A stretch of DNA of 32,000 nucleotides from the NCBI RefSeq assembly GCF_000189295.2, contig NC_016803.1:2460001-2492000 (forward strand), in the 5' to 3' direction. The notes below the pieces were generated by a model. That model was not told the origin of the DNA and did no database searches. It was given only the letters and a program-made list of their open reading frames with translations. This DNA comes from Pseudodesulfovibrio mercurii. Its GTDB lineage: Bacteria > Desulfobacterota > Desulfovibrionia > Desulfovibrionales > Desulfovibrionaceae. The stretch's first letter is position 1, and every line of letters begins with the position of its first letter. This document shows positions 19,888 through 27,074 of this stretch, piece by piece. The position numbers and the translations under genes were made by a program.

Positions 19888-21618
19888 TCAGGACGCGGCC
19901 TTGCCCCTGGGCAGGGTCACGCGGACCACCGTGCCCTCGGACGAGGTGTCCATGGCGATGTTGCCGCCGTGGGCCTCGGCGGCCAGGCGGGCGGAGTAGG
20001 TGCCCAGCCCGGTGCCGTTGTGCTTGCCGGAGGTGGAATACTTGTCGAAGAAGCAGTGGCGGACCTCCTCGGGCACGGGGAGGCTGTTGCGGATTTCGAG
20101 CACGCAGGGGTCGCCGCCGGTCACGGCCACGCGCACGGGCCGGCCGCCCGAGGCCTCCACCGCGTTCTTGAGCAGGTTGGCGGTCATGCCGTAGAGCAGG
20201 GTGTTGTCCCCCTGGATGACCATGTGCATGTCCCTGTCCACGGGCTTGCCGTCCATGGTCGCCTCCACCGGGCAGGCGGGCTCGCGGTGCATGGTCGTGT
20301 CGCGCACGGCGCGCATGATGATGGCCAGCCAGTCCACGGGCCGGGGCTGGTGCTCGTAGGTCCCGGATTCGAGCTTGTACAGGGTCAGGGACTGGTTGAT
20401 CAGGTCCATCATCTGCATGCCCGCCTCCTCGACCACCACGAGCATCTCCTTCTGCCGGTCGGTCAGGTTCTCGTCCTCCTGCATGAGCCGGGGCAGGCCG
20501 ATGATGCCCATGAGCGGCGACTTGAGGTCGTGGCGGACGATGCGCTCCACGTCCTCCTTGAGCTTTTCCGCCGCCCGGCGCGCGGTGACGTCGATGCCGA
20601 TGCACAGGATGCCGGTGGCCTTGCCCAGCTCGTCCACGATGACCGAGGTGCCCAGGGACAGGGTGGCCTTGGTCTCGTTGTGCCGGGAGACCAGGACCTC
20701 GGTGAAGGTGTGGCCGGGATTGCGTTCGAGCAGGTCGCGAAAATGGGAGCGCAGGTTCACCCCCTCCTCGTCGGTCTCGGGCAGGAGCAGCCCCACGGCC
20801 TCGCGGCCGATGAGCTCGCCCTCCAGGAATCCGTAGAACTGCAGCCCCCAGCGGTTGATGAAGAAAATCCTGCCCCTGGTGTCCACCTCCAGGACGATGA
20901 AGTGGGACTGCTCGACCAGGTCGCGGTACAGCCTGCGGCTCTCGCGCAGGCGGTTCTCGGCCTCCACCCGCTGGTCGATGATCCGGTTGCTGGCCCGTGC
21001 GCCCAGGAAGGTGCCCTGGGCGTTGGTCACGGGCACGCAGCGGTGGGACAGCCAGTGCTGCACGCCGTCGGGCCGGATGATGCGAAAATCCAGGGTGTCC
21101 GTGTCCTCGGCCCGGTGCTCCCGGAAGAGGTGGGCCTTGACCATGGGGCGGTCCTCGGGATGGACGATCCGGACCATCAGGTCCGGGTCCTTGACGAAGG
21201 CGGACCGGGGATAGCCGGTGATCCGCTCGCAGGACGGCGACATGTACAGGAACCCGCCGTCCGGGCCGCGCCAGTACTCCCAGTCGTAGGTGAAGTCGGC
21301 CACGGTCCGGAAGCGCTCCTCGCTCCGGGCGAGCTTTTCGTTGGCCGCCTTGAGCTGGCGGAAGATGGGCCGAATCTGAACGATGCCGAGCAGGATGATG
21401 ACCGAGACCAGCAGGCCGATGAGCTCGAAATTCAGGTCCAGGATCCCGCGCCCCTGCCAGAACATGTACAGGGTGTGCACCCGGCGGTGGACCATGCCGA
21501 TGAGCCCGGCCGCGATCAGTATCCAGGACCAGCGGCGGCCCGTCTCGGGAATGAGGAACAGGGCCAGACCCGCTGCCGCGAGCTGAATGGCGATGGAAGC
21601 GATGACGATCAGATCCAT
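19888..21618 (-). CDS. Membrane-anchored PAS-domain sensor histidine kinase (orphan)
   Basis: I trimmed to the ATG at 21618, with GGGGGA upstream. The protein has about 3 N-terminal TM helices, a coiled coil and two PAS-like regions. The H-box is RIVRHDLKSPLMGIIG. The HATPase_c motifs are NLLKNAVEAS and GTGLGTYSARLAAEAHGG. No response-regulator gene is adjacent. Confidence 0.85.
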   Translation of the reverse strand: MDLIVIASIAIQLAAAGLALFLIPETGRRWSWILIAAGLIGMVHRRVHTLYMFWQGRGILDLNFELIGLLVSVIILLGIVQIRPIFRQLKAANEKLARSEERFRTVADFTYDWEYWRGPDGGFLYMSPSCERITGYPRSAFVKDPDLMVRIVHPEDRPMVKAHLFREHRAEDTDTLDFRIIRPDGVQHWLSHRCVPVTNAQGTFLGARASNRIIDQRVEAENRLRESRRLYRDLVEQSHFIVLEVDTRGRIFFINRWGLQFYGFLEGELIGREAVGLLLPETDEEGVNLRSHFRDLLERNPGHTFTEVLVSRHNETKATLSLGTSVIVDELGKATGILCIGIDVTARRAAEKLKEDVERIVRHDLKSPLMGIIGLPRLMQEDENLTDRQKEMLVVVEEAGMQMMDLINQSLTLYKLESGTYEHQPRPVDWLAIIMRAVRDTTMHREPACPVEATMDGKPVDRDMHMVIQGDNTLLYGMTANLLKNAVEASGGRPVRVAVTGGDPCVLEIRNSLPVPEEVRHCFFDKYSTSGKHNGTGLGTYSARLAAEAHGGNIAMDTSSEGTVVRVTLPRGKAAS

Positions 21619-21655
21619 GCATCCCCCTGTATCCTGCATCGGTACCTGTCCGTAC

Positions 21656-21685
21656 AGCTTACTCCCGAATGGATAGATTTTGCAA
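21656..21685 (-). promoter_or_regulatory. Candidate sigma70-type promoter of the histidine kinase gene
   Basis: On the minus strand the sequence reads TTGCAA (21680-21685), then an 18-nt spacer, then TAAGCT (21656-21661). It lies about 38 nt upstream of the ATG. This is hexamer similarity only. Confidence 0.25.
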
Positions 21686-21747
21686 ATAGGGTCCATGGAG
21701 CGCCCCGGGCGGGGCCGGGCGTGCGCCGGGACCGGAGGCGGGGCGTG

Positions 21748-21782
21748 AAAAAAGACCCGCCCGGCGGTCGCCGGACGGGCCT
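21748..21782 (-). terminator. Rho-independent terminator of the DEAD-box helicase gene
   Basis: On the minus-strand RNA the hairpin GGCCCGUCCGGC / GCCGGGCGGGUC forms 12 pairs. Two of these are G-U pairs that would be A-C mismatches on the plus strand. A UUUUUU tail follows. The element starts about 24 nt after the stop at 21806. Confidence 0.75.
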
Positions 21783-21805
21783 TCATTGTGTCGTTGCGGG
21801 GCGGA

Positions 21806-22915
21806 CTAGAGGGTCTGCCGGGTCAGCTTGACGCGCATGACGCGCTCGATGTCCCGGACCTGGGTCTTGTCCTCGCCGGTGACCAGGCTGACGGCGTGCC
21901 CGGAGCGGCCCGCGCGGCCGGTGCGGCCGATGCGGTGGGTGTAGGTCTCCACAGTGTCGGGCATGTCGAAGTTGATGACGTGGGAGATGCGCTCGCAGTC
22001 GATGCCCCTGGCCGCGATGTCGGTGGCGACCATGATGTCGTAGCTGCCGTCACGGAACCCGTCCAGGGCGCGCTGGCGCTGGTTCTGGCTCATGTTCCCC
22101 TGGAGGAAGGTGGCGTTGTACCCGGACCCGGCCAGCTTGCGGGCCAGGTTCTTGGCCTTGTGCTTGGTCTTGGTGAAGACGAGCACGCTCTGGTGCTCGG
22201 CGCGGTCCAGGAGTTTGGTCAGCAGCTCGCTCTTGCGGTTGTTCTCCGTGGCGTAAAAACTGTGCTCCACGGACTCCACGGGCTGGGTGTTGGCCACCTG
22301 CACGGTCTTCGGGTCGTTCAGGATGTTCTCCGCGAGCTTGCGGATGTCCTGGGGCATGGTCGCCGAGAAGAGCAGGTTCTGGCGCCGGGCGGGCAGCTTG
22401 GCCAGGATGCGCTTGATGTCGGGCATGAAGCCCATGTCGAGCATGCGGTCGGCCTCGTCCAGGACCAGGGTGTCGATGTGGGTCAGGGAGACCGACCCGT
22501 TGTTCAGGAGCCGGACCAGGCGGCCGGGGCAGGCCACGATGACGCGGCAGTGGGAAAAGGCCTTGATCTGCGGGTTCATGCCCACGCCGCCGATGACCGC
22601 GCCGCAGCGGATGCCGGTGTGCCGGCCCAGCTGGTTGAAGTTCTCGTCGATCTGCAGGGCCAGCTCGCGGGTGGGGGCCAGGACCAGGACGCTGGGCAGC
22701 GCCCGGCCGGACTTGTTGCCGGTCAGCAGCCGTTGCAGGATGGGCAGGGCGAAGGCAGCGGTCTTGCCGGTGCCGGTCTGGGCCAGGCCCATGACGTCGT
22801 GCCCCTTGAGCACGAGGGGAATGGCCTGCTCCTGGATGGGAGTGGGGGTCTCATAGCCGCAATCCCGGACGCCGGCGAGGATTCGCCGATCCAGGGAGAA
22901 AGTGGAAAAAGTCAT
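21806..22915 (-). CDS. DEAD-box ATP-dependent RNA helicase (RhlE-like, minimal two-RecA core)
   Basis: I trimmed to the ATG at 22915 (MTFSTFSLDRRILAGVRDCGYETPTPIQEQAIP), giving 369 aa. Motifs present: Q-motif, AQTGTGKT, PTRELA, DEAD, SAT and HRIGRTGRAG. Confidence 0.9.
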   Translation of the reverse strand: MTFSTFSLDRRILAGVRDCGYETPTPIQEQAIPLVLKGHDVMGLAQTGTGKTAAFALPILQRLLTGNKSGRALPSVLVLAPTRELALQIDENFNQLGRHTGIRCGAVIGGVGMNPQIKAFSHCRVIVACPGRLVRLLNNGSVSLTHIDTLVLDEADRMLDMGFMPDIKRILAKLPARRQNLLFSATMPQDIRKLAENILNDPKTVQVANTQPVESVEHSFYATENNRKSELLTKLLDRAEHQSVLVFTKTKHKAKNLARKLAGSGYNATFLQGNMSQNQRQRALDGFRDGSYDIMVATDIAARGIDCERISHVINFDMPDTVETYTHRIGRTGRAGRSGHAVSLVTGEDKTQVRDIERVMRVKLTRQTL

Positions 22916-23147
22916 ATCAACCTTTGGTAAAAAGGGGGGTGTTTTCGACGGCGCGCGACAGCGGTCGGGGTCCGGTTGCCCGGTGTATCGGAAGTGCTCT
23001 GGTACGGGAGTAAATCTTGGTTCGACGGTGTGTGGAACGTTGGGTGCCCCGATGGGGGCGAAGAAGTATTCGTTCGTCCAGTCACGCTGAGCAGAGGCCC
23101 TTATGGGCCATCCCCCGGACAAAGTAAAGGGGTATTTTCGGGTGGGG

Positions 23148-23183
23148 AAAAAAGACAGGCCCCCGTTCGGGAGAACGGGGGCC
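23148..23183 (-). terminator. Rho-independent terminator of the hsp20 / zinc-ribbon transcription unit
   Basis: Perfect 11-bp stem GGCCCCCGTTC / GAACGGGGGCC (23158-23183) with a 4-nt loop. On the minus strand it is followed by TGTCTTTTTTCCCC. It lies about 42 nt downstream of the small ORF stop. Confidence 0.8.
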
Positions 23184-23224
23184 TTATCCTAGGGGACATG
23201 TCCGGCCGGGAGGGACCGGACGCA

Positions 23225-23404
23225 TCAGCAGCGGGGCGGCGGACCGGGCACGACGCCGGGTCGGGCGCCGCACTCGTCCGGGGAGTCCGCGTCATCCTCC
23301 GGGTCCCGGGGGCTGACGCCCGACCTGCAGACCGGACAGAGGGTTTCGAGGATGAGGGCATCCCAGGTGCCGCTCCAACGGCATTTGTCGCATTGATAGT
23401 GCAT
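23225..23404 (-). CDS. Small (59 aa) zinc-ribbon protein, unlisted in the ORF track
   Basis: The ATG at 23402-23404 is preceded by GGAGGAGAC. Translation: MHYQCDKCRWSGTWDALILETLCPVCRSGVSPRDPEDDADSPDECGARPGVVPGPPPRC, ending at a TGA stop at 23225-23227. Two CxxC pairs lie 14 residues apart (C5/C8, C23/C26). The ORF lies between hsp20 and a strong terminator on the same strand. Confidence 0.55.
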   Translation of the reverse strand: MHYQCDKCRWSGTWDALILETLCPVCRSGVSPRDPEDDADSPDECGARPGVVPGPPPRC

Positions 23405-23426
23405 GTCTCCTCCGTGCGTGTGACGA

Positions 23427-23449
23427 GACCCCGGCGGGAGACCGGGGTC
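23427..23449 (-). other. Intercistronic GC hairpin between hsp20 and the zinc-ribbon ORF
   Basis: GACCCCGG / CCGGGGTC forms an 8-bp stem with a 7-nt loop. No U-tract follows. It lies about 22 nt upstream of the small-ORF ATG. Confidence 0.4.
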
Positions 23450-23471
23450 CGGAAGTTGGGTGATGACGGGA

Positions 23472-24023
23472 TCAGGCCTCGGCCGAGCCTTCGATGGCGA
23501 TCTTGCGCGACACGCCTTCGGGCTTGCCGGTCCTGGGCATGGTCACGCACAGGACGCCCTTTTCGAGCCTGGCCTGAATCTTGTCGCGGTCCACGTCGTC
23601 GGGCAGGTCAAGGACCCGGCGGAAGACGCCCGAAGAGCGCTCCACACGGTAATATCCCTTGTCCTCGGTCTTTTCCTCGCTGTGCTTTTCGGCGGTCAGG
23701 ATCAGGACGTCGCCGTCGATCTCGACGGACAGATCCTTTTCCTCGACACCGGGGAGGTCGGCCTGGACAACGTATTCCTTGTCCGTGCCGTAGACGTCGA
23801 CCTTGGGCCGGATGGCCGCGTCCCGCAGACGGGATTGCATGAATCCGGGGGTTCGCAGCCCGAAATCGGAAAACATGGACTCGACCATGCGGTCGAATTC
23901 GGCGTGGAACTGGTCAAGCGGTGCGGCGGGGACGCCTGCTCCCTGGTCGTTGCGACGGACCGGGAGGGTCTGCTCGTGTTCCCTCTTGAACCAATTCCAG
24001 GGGTTCAGCTTGGTGGTTGCCAT
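23472..24023 (-). CDS. Hsp20 / alpha-crystallin family small heat-shock protein
   Basis: 183 aa. The alpha-crystallin core reads PKVDVYGTDKEYVVQADLPGVEEKDLSVEIDGDVLILTAEK...YYRVERSSGVFRRVLDLPDDVDRDKIQARLEKGVLCVTMPR, with a C-terminal I-x-I-like IAIEG. A strong SD, AAGGAGG, lies 6 nt upstream of the ATG. Confidence 0.9.
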   Translation of the reverse strand: MATTKLNPWNWFKREHEQTLPVRRNDQGAGVPAAPLDQFHAEFDRMVESMFSDFGLRTPGFMQSRLRDAAIRPKVDVYGTDKEYVVQADLPGVEEKDLSVEIDGDVLILTAEKHSEEKTEDKGYYRVERSSGVFRRVLDLPDDVDRDKIQARLEKGVLCVTMPRTGKPEGVSRKIAIEGSAEA

Positions 24024-24065
24024 AGCATCCTCCTTGGAAGGGGTTAAGGTTACCTTTCGACATCC

Positions 24066-24095
24066 CTCTCATAAGTCCCGTGCGGCGATTGTCAA
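24066..24095 (-). promoter_or_regulatory. Candidate promoter of hsp20 (CTTGACA -35)
   Basis: On the minus strand the sequence reads CCCTTGACA (24090-24095 is the TTGACA), then about 15 nt, then CTTATGA. The -35 fits sigma70 TTGACA and is one mismatch from the sigma32 CTTGAAA. The -10 matches neither consensus well. Confidence 0.3.
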
Positions 24096-24122
24096 GGGGG
24101 GCCACCGGTCGCCCCGGCCGGG

Positions 24123-24692
24123 CTAGACCGCCCGGCGCAGGCCCTCGGGCCGCTTCCGGGCCAGTTCGAGCAGGGCGCGCCCGGCCTCGGCCAGCTCCCC
24201 GCTGTTGTCGATGGTCCGCAGGGCCGGATGGCAGACCGCGTAGTCCCCGGCCCGGCGCAGACGGTCCTCGATCTCCCCGGCGGTCTCCCGGCCGCGCAGG
24301 ATCAGGCGCTGGCGCAGGATGTCCTGGTCCACGACGACCAGCACCGGGACCAGCTCCGGGTAGCGGCGGGCGGCCTCGGGCAGGTAGGCGCGGGAGCCGT
24401 TGACCACCACGTTCAGCCCCGCCTCCATCCAGGCGTCGATCTCGACGCCCACGCCGTAGCGGTTGCCGTGGCTGTCCCAGGCCAGGGCAAACAGCCCCAG
24501 GTCCAGGCGGGCCCGGTATTCGTCGGGCAGCAGGGCCACGTGGTTCTCGCCCCCGGCGTCGGCCGGGCGGGTGATGTAGCGGTGGGCGAAGGCCGCCTCC
24601 GCGCCGGGGCAGTGGTTGCGGGCGTGGAGCATGATGGAGTCCTTGCCGCAGCCGGAAGGACCGATGACGTAGATGAGTTTGCCTCGGTTCAT
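24123..24692 (-). CDS. phnN: Ribose 1,5-bisphosphate phosphokinase PhnN
   Basis: I trimmed to the ATG at 24692, which forms an ATGA overlap with the upstream stop. The product is 189 aa. Motifs GPSGCGKDS (P-loop), AHRYITR, GENH, YGVGVEIDAW, VVNGSRAYLPEA and RGRETAGEIEDRLRRA align by eye with E. coli PhnN. Confidence 0.9.
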   Translation of the reverse strand: MNRGKLIYVIGPSGCGKDSIMLHARNHCPGAEAAFAHRYITRPADAGGENHVALLPDEYRARLDLGLFALAWDSHGNRYGVGVEIDAWMEAGLNVVVNGSRAYLPEAARRYPELVPVLVVVDQDILRQRLILRGRETAGEIEDRLRRAGDYAVCHPALRTIDNSGELAEAGRALLELARKRPEGLRRAV

Positions 24693-25411
24693 GAGTTCTC
24701 CTTGGGATTGCCGAGCCGGGCCCGGTGGATCAGCCGGAACGGCGCGGACCGGTCCGGCTGGTGAAACAGACAGAGTTCCCCGACGGGATGGGGGCACCCC
24801 GTGACGGGCGCGGCCAGGTCGCGCAGGAGGGCCGCGAACCGCCCGCGTTCGGCCGGGTCCTCCAGCCTGCCGGTCAGGGTGATGTGGAAGCGGAACTCCC
24901 CGAGGACGTAGGGATAGCCCCACTCCGTGAGGAGGCGGTCCTGGTCCGGGGTCAGGCGACCCCCTTCGCGGCGGGCCCGGTTCTCCTCGGCCGAGGGGGG
25001 CTCGCGCAGGGGGGTCATGGCCCGCAGGCAGGCCTCGGCGTCCCGGGCCAGCCGGACCTGCTCCGCCGGGACCAGGGCCAGGAAGCCGCCGACCCCGCGC
25101 ACGGACAGGGGGGCCAGGGTGAACGGGTCCAGATCCCTGGCCAGGCCGTCCAGCCGCCCGACGATCCCGGCCTCGTCCACGCCGGACGCCGGGACGAAGG
25201 GCGGCATGAGGGTGCCGTGGAAGCCGTAGTGGCGCGGCGACCGGGTGGCCTCGCGCCAGGCGTCGGGGGACAGGCCGTCGGGCAGGACCGGGTCCACGGC
25301 CAGGCCGGTCTCGTTGTCCCGGCCGAGCCAGGCCGCGCCGAAGCGCTCCAGGTCGGAGCCCCGCTCCGGGGCGTAATACACGCCGTAGCGCGCGCTCGTC
25401 GAAATGCTCAC
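24689..25411 (-). CDS. DUF1045-type putative phosphonate-metabolism protein (2H phosphoesterase-like)
   Basis: The GTG start at 25409-25411 overlaps the upstream TGA (25408-25410) as GTGA. The product is 240 aa and begins (M)[31 protein letters not shown]. Two H-x-T-x motifs are present: H65-G-T-L (His codon at 25217-25219) and H176-I-T-L. The first 233 codons of the 473-aa track ORF are alternate-frame read-through of the transferase gene. Confidence 0.8.
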   Translation of the reverse strand: MSISTSARYGVYYAPERGSDLERFGAAWLGRDNETGLAVDPVLPDGLSPDAWREATRSPRHYGFHGTLMPPFVPASGVDEAGIVGRLDGLARDLDPFTLAPLSVRGVGGFLALVPAEQVRLARDAEACLRAMTPLREPPSAEENRARREGGRLTPDQDRLLTEWGYPYVLGEFRFHITLTGRLEDPAERGRFAALLRDLAAPVTGCPHPVGELCLFHQPDRSAPFRLIHRARLGNPKENS

Positions 25412-26058
25412 GGATTCACGCTCCCCTCGTACCTGTCCAGGAAGGTCTCCACGTCCAGGGCGCGGAAGTCGGCCAGGGCGCCCTTCAGGCAGTCGTGGGG
25501 CCAGTCCCACCAGGCCAGGCGCAGGAGCCGTGCGCGCACCTCGGCCGGGAACCGCTCGCGGATGAGCCGGGCCGGGACCCCGCCGACCACGGCGTAGGGC
25601 GGCACGTCCTTCGAGACCACGGCCCCGGCCCCGACCACCGCGCCGTGGCCCACGGTCACGCCGGGCAGGATCACGGCCCCGTGGCCGATCCAGACGTCGC
25701 AGCCGATGCGCGTGCGCCGGGTGCGCCGCCACTCGAAGATGGCCTCGTCGTCCGGGCCGAAGCCGTAGCGCGCGCTGCGGTAGGTGAAGTGGTGCTGGGA
25801 GGGCCGCCACATGGGGTGGTTGGTGGGCCCGATGCGCACGTTGGAGGCGATGGACGCGAACTTGCCGATGTCGGCGTGGGCCACGTCGCAATACGGGCTC
25901 AGGTAGGCGTAGTCGCCCAGGGTGGATTCGAGCATCAGGCAGTGCTCCAGGACCTCGGTGTAGGGGCCGAGCAGGCTGTCGCGGACGTCCGCCGTGGGGT
26001 GGACCGTGGGGTCCGGGCCGAGCCGGACGTCCCCGTGGAGGTGTGGGTGCATGTGCAT
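25408..26058 (-). CDS. Left-handed beta-helix (hexapeptide-repeat) acyltransferase, phn-associated family
   Basis: I trimmed to the ATG at 26058, with AGGAG upstream. The product is 216 aa. Hexapeptide repeats are visible ([49 protein letters not shown]). It is translationally coupled to the DUF1045 gene and phnN. Confidence 0.8.
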   Translation of the reverse strand: MHMHPHLHGDVRLGPDPTVHPTADVRDSLLGPYTEVLEHCLMLESTLGDYAYLSPYCDVAHADIGKFASIASNVRIGPTNHPMWRPSQHHFTYRSARYGFGPDDEAIFEWRRTRRTRIGCDVWIGHGAVILPGVTVGHGAVVGAGAVVSKDVPPYAVVGGVPARLIRERFPAEVRARLLRLAWWDWPHDCLKGALADFRALDVETFLDRYEGSVNP

Positions 26059-26166
26059 GGCTCCTGACTGACAAATGCGCCCGGTTTGGAAAAGCACGGA
26101 CGCGCATCATTTCCGCGACGAAGTTGACGGTTATGTTACAACAACTTGAAATCCCTGTCCAAAGCG

Positions 26167-26188
26167 GACAAGTGGGGGACTTGTCTAG
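26167..26188. promoter_or_regulatory. Second candidate PhnF (HutC-type GntR) operator, upstream of the transferase-DUF1045-phnN unit
   Basis: The inverted repeat GACAAGT-GGGGG-ACTTGTC lies at 26167-26185. It runs into TTGTCTAG (26181-26188), which is identical to the left 8 nt of the phnF/phnG palindrome. On the minus strand it abuts a possible TTGGAC-N18-TAACAT promoter. It lies about 110-130 nt upstream of the ATG at 26058. Confidence 0.4.
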
Positions 26189-26274
26189 TGTGCTCCGCCC
26201 GATGCCGGCCTACCACGTTCCCGAACGCGGCCCGATCCCCGGACCCGGCAAACCCGGAACGTGTCATGACCCTA

Positions 26275-26994
26275 TCACGACTCCACCAGAATCTGCACCC
26301 AGTCGCTGGCGAACAGGCAGACGCCGAACTCCACGGGCACGCCCGAGGGGTCCACGTTGACGCTCTCGGTGACCAGTACCGGACGGGTCCTGGGCTGGCG
26401 CAGCTCGCGGGCCTCCTCGGCCGTGGGCATGCGGGCGATGATCCGGGTCCGGCGGCGCGCGTAGTCGGCCACCCCGTAGTGGGCCAGGGTCCGGGTCACG
26501 GACCTGAGTTCGCGGTACACGCGGACCATGCCCGGGAACAGGGTCCTGGGAAAGAAGGCCGTGGAATAGCTGATGCGGCGGCCGTCCGCCTCGCCCGCGC
26601 TGGTGATGCGCGTGACCACCTCGCCCGGCGCGATGCCCAGGGCCTCGGCCACCTGCGGATCGGCCTCGGCGTCCACGGCCGTGAGCAGGATGTTGCCCGG
26701 CGCGCGCCGCTGGCGGGACAGGTTCTCGCTGAACCGCGTGCGGCGGCCGACCGGATAGTGGACCACCTGCTCGCGCACGAAGGAGCCGCGCCCCTGTTCC
26801 ACGCGGATGAGCCCGTCCTCCTCCAGGGCGGACAGGGCGCGCCGGATGGTGTGGCGGTTGACCCCGTACTGGCGGGACAGGCCGTGTTCGGACGGCAGCC
26901 GGTCGCCCGGACCGAACCGTCCGGACGAGATGGCCGCCCCCAGAAGGGCATGGATCTGCCGCCACAGGGCGACCCCGTTTCCGCGCGTGAGCAT
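26275..26994 (-). CDS. phnF: GntR/HutC-family transcriptional regulator PhnF
   Basis: I trimmed to the ATG at 26994, with GAGGTG upstream. The product is 239 aa. The winged-helix region reads LPSEHGLSRQYGVNRHTIRRALSALEEDGLIRVEQGRGSFV, and a UTRA-like C-terminal domain follows. The gene is divergent from phnG. Confidence 0.85.
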   Translation of the reverse strand: MLTRGNGVALWRQIHALLGAAISSGRFGPGDRLPSEHGLSRQYGVNRHTIRRALSALEEDGLIRVEQGRGSFVREQVVHYPVGRRTRFSENLSRQRRAPGNILLTAVDAEADPQVAEALGIAPGEVVTRITSAGEADGRRISYSTAFFPRTLFPGMVRVYRELRSVTRTLAHYGVADYARRRTRIIARMPTAEEARELRQPRTRPVLVTESVNVDPSGVPVEFGVCLFASDWVQILVES

Positions 26995-27042
26995 GGCTGC
27001 ACCTCGACTGTTTTTCCAACGGGACAACACGGACGCCGCCGC

Positions 27043-27054
27043 TTGTCTAGACAA
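27043..27054. promoter_or_regulatory. Candidate PhnF operator: perfect palindrome TTGTCTAGACAA in the phnF/phnG divergent region
   Basis: This 12-bp perfect palindrome sits in the 80-nt phnF-phnG spacer. It has the same architecture as the HutC-subfamily consensus (compare the DasR dre core TGGTCTAGACCA). It lies 48 nt from the phnF ATG and 20 nt from the phnG ATG at 27075, or 50 nt from the alternative ATG at 27105. Confidence 0.5.
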
Positions 27055-27074
27055 CTCGTGAGGATTTCACAGAA

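Noticed and set aside
24689-26110. A 473-aa ORF spanning the DUF1045 and transferase genes.
   Set aside because: The first ~233 codons are an alternate frame of the hexapeptide transferase gene (25408-26058) and have shadow-ORF composition. A GTG at 25411 forms a GTGA overlap with the transferase stop and begins the conserved DUF1045 N-terminus.
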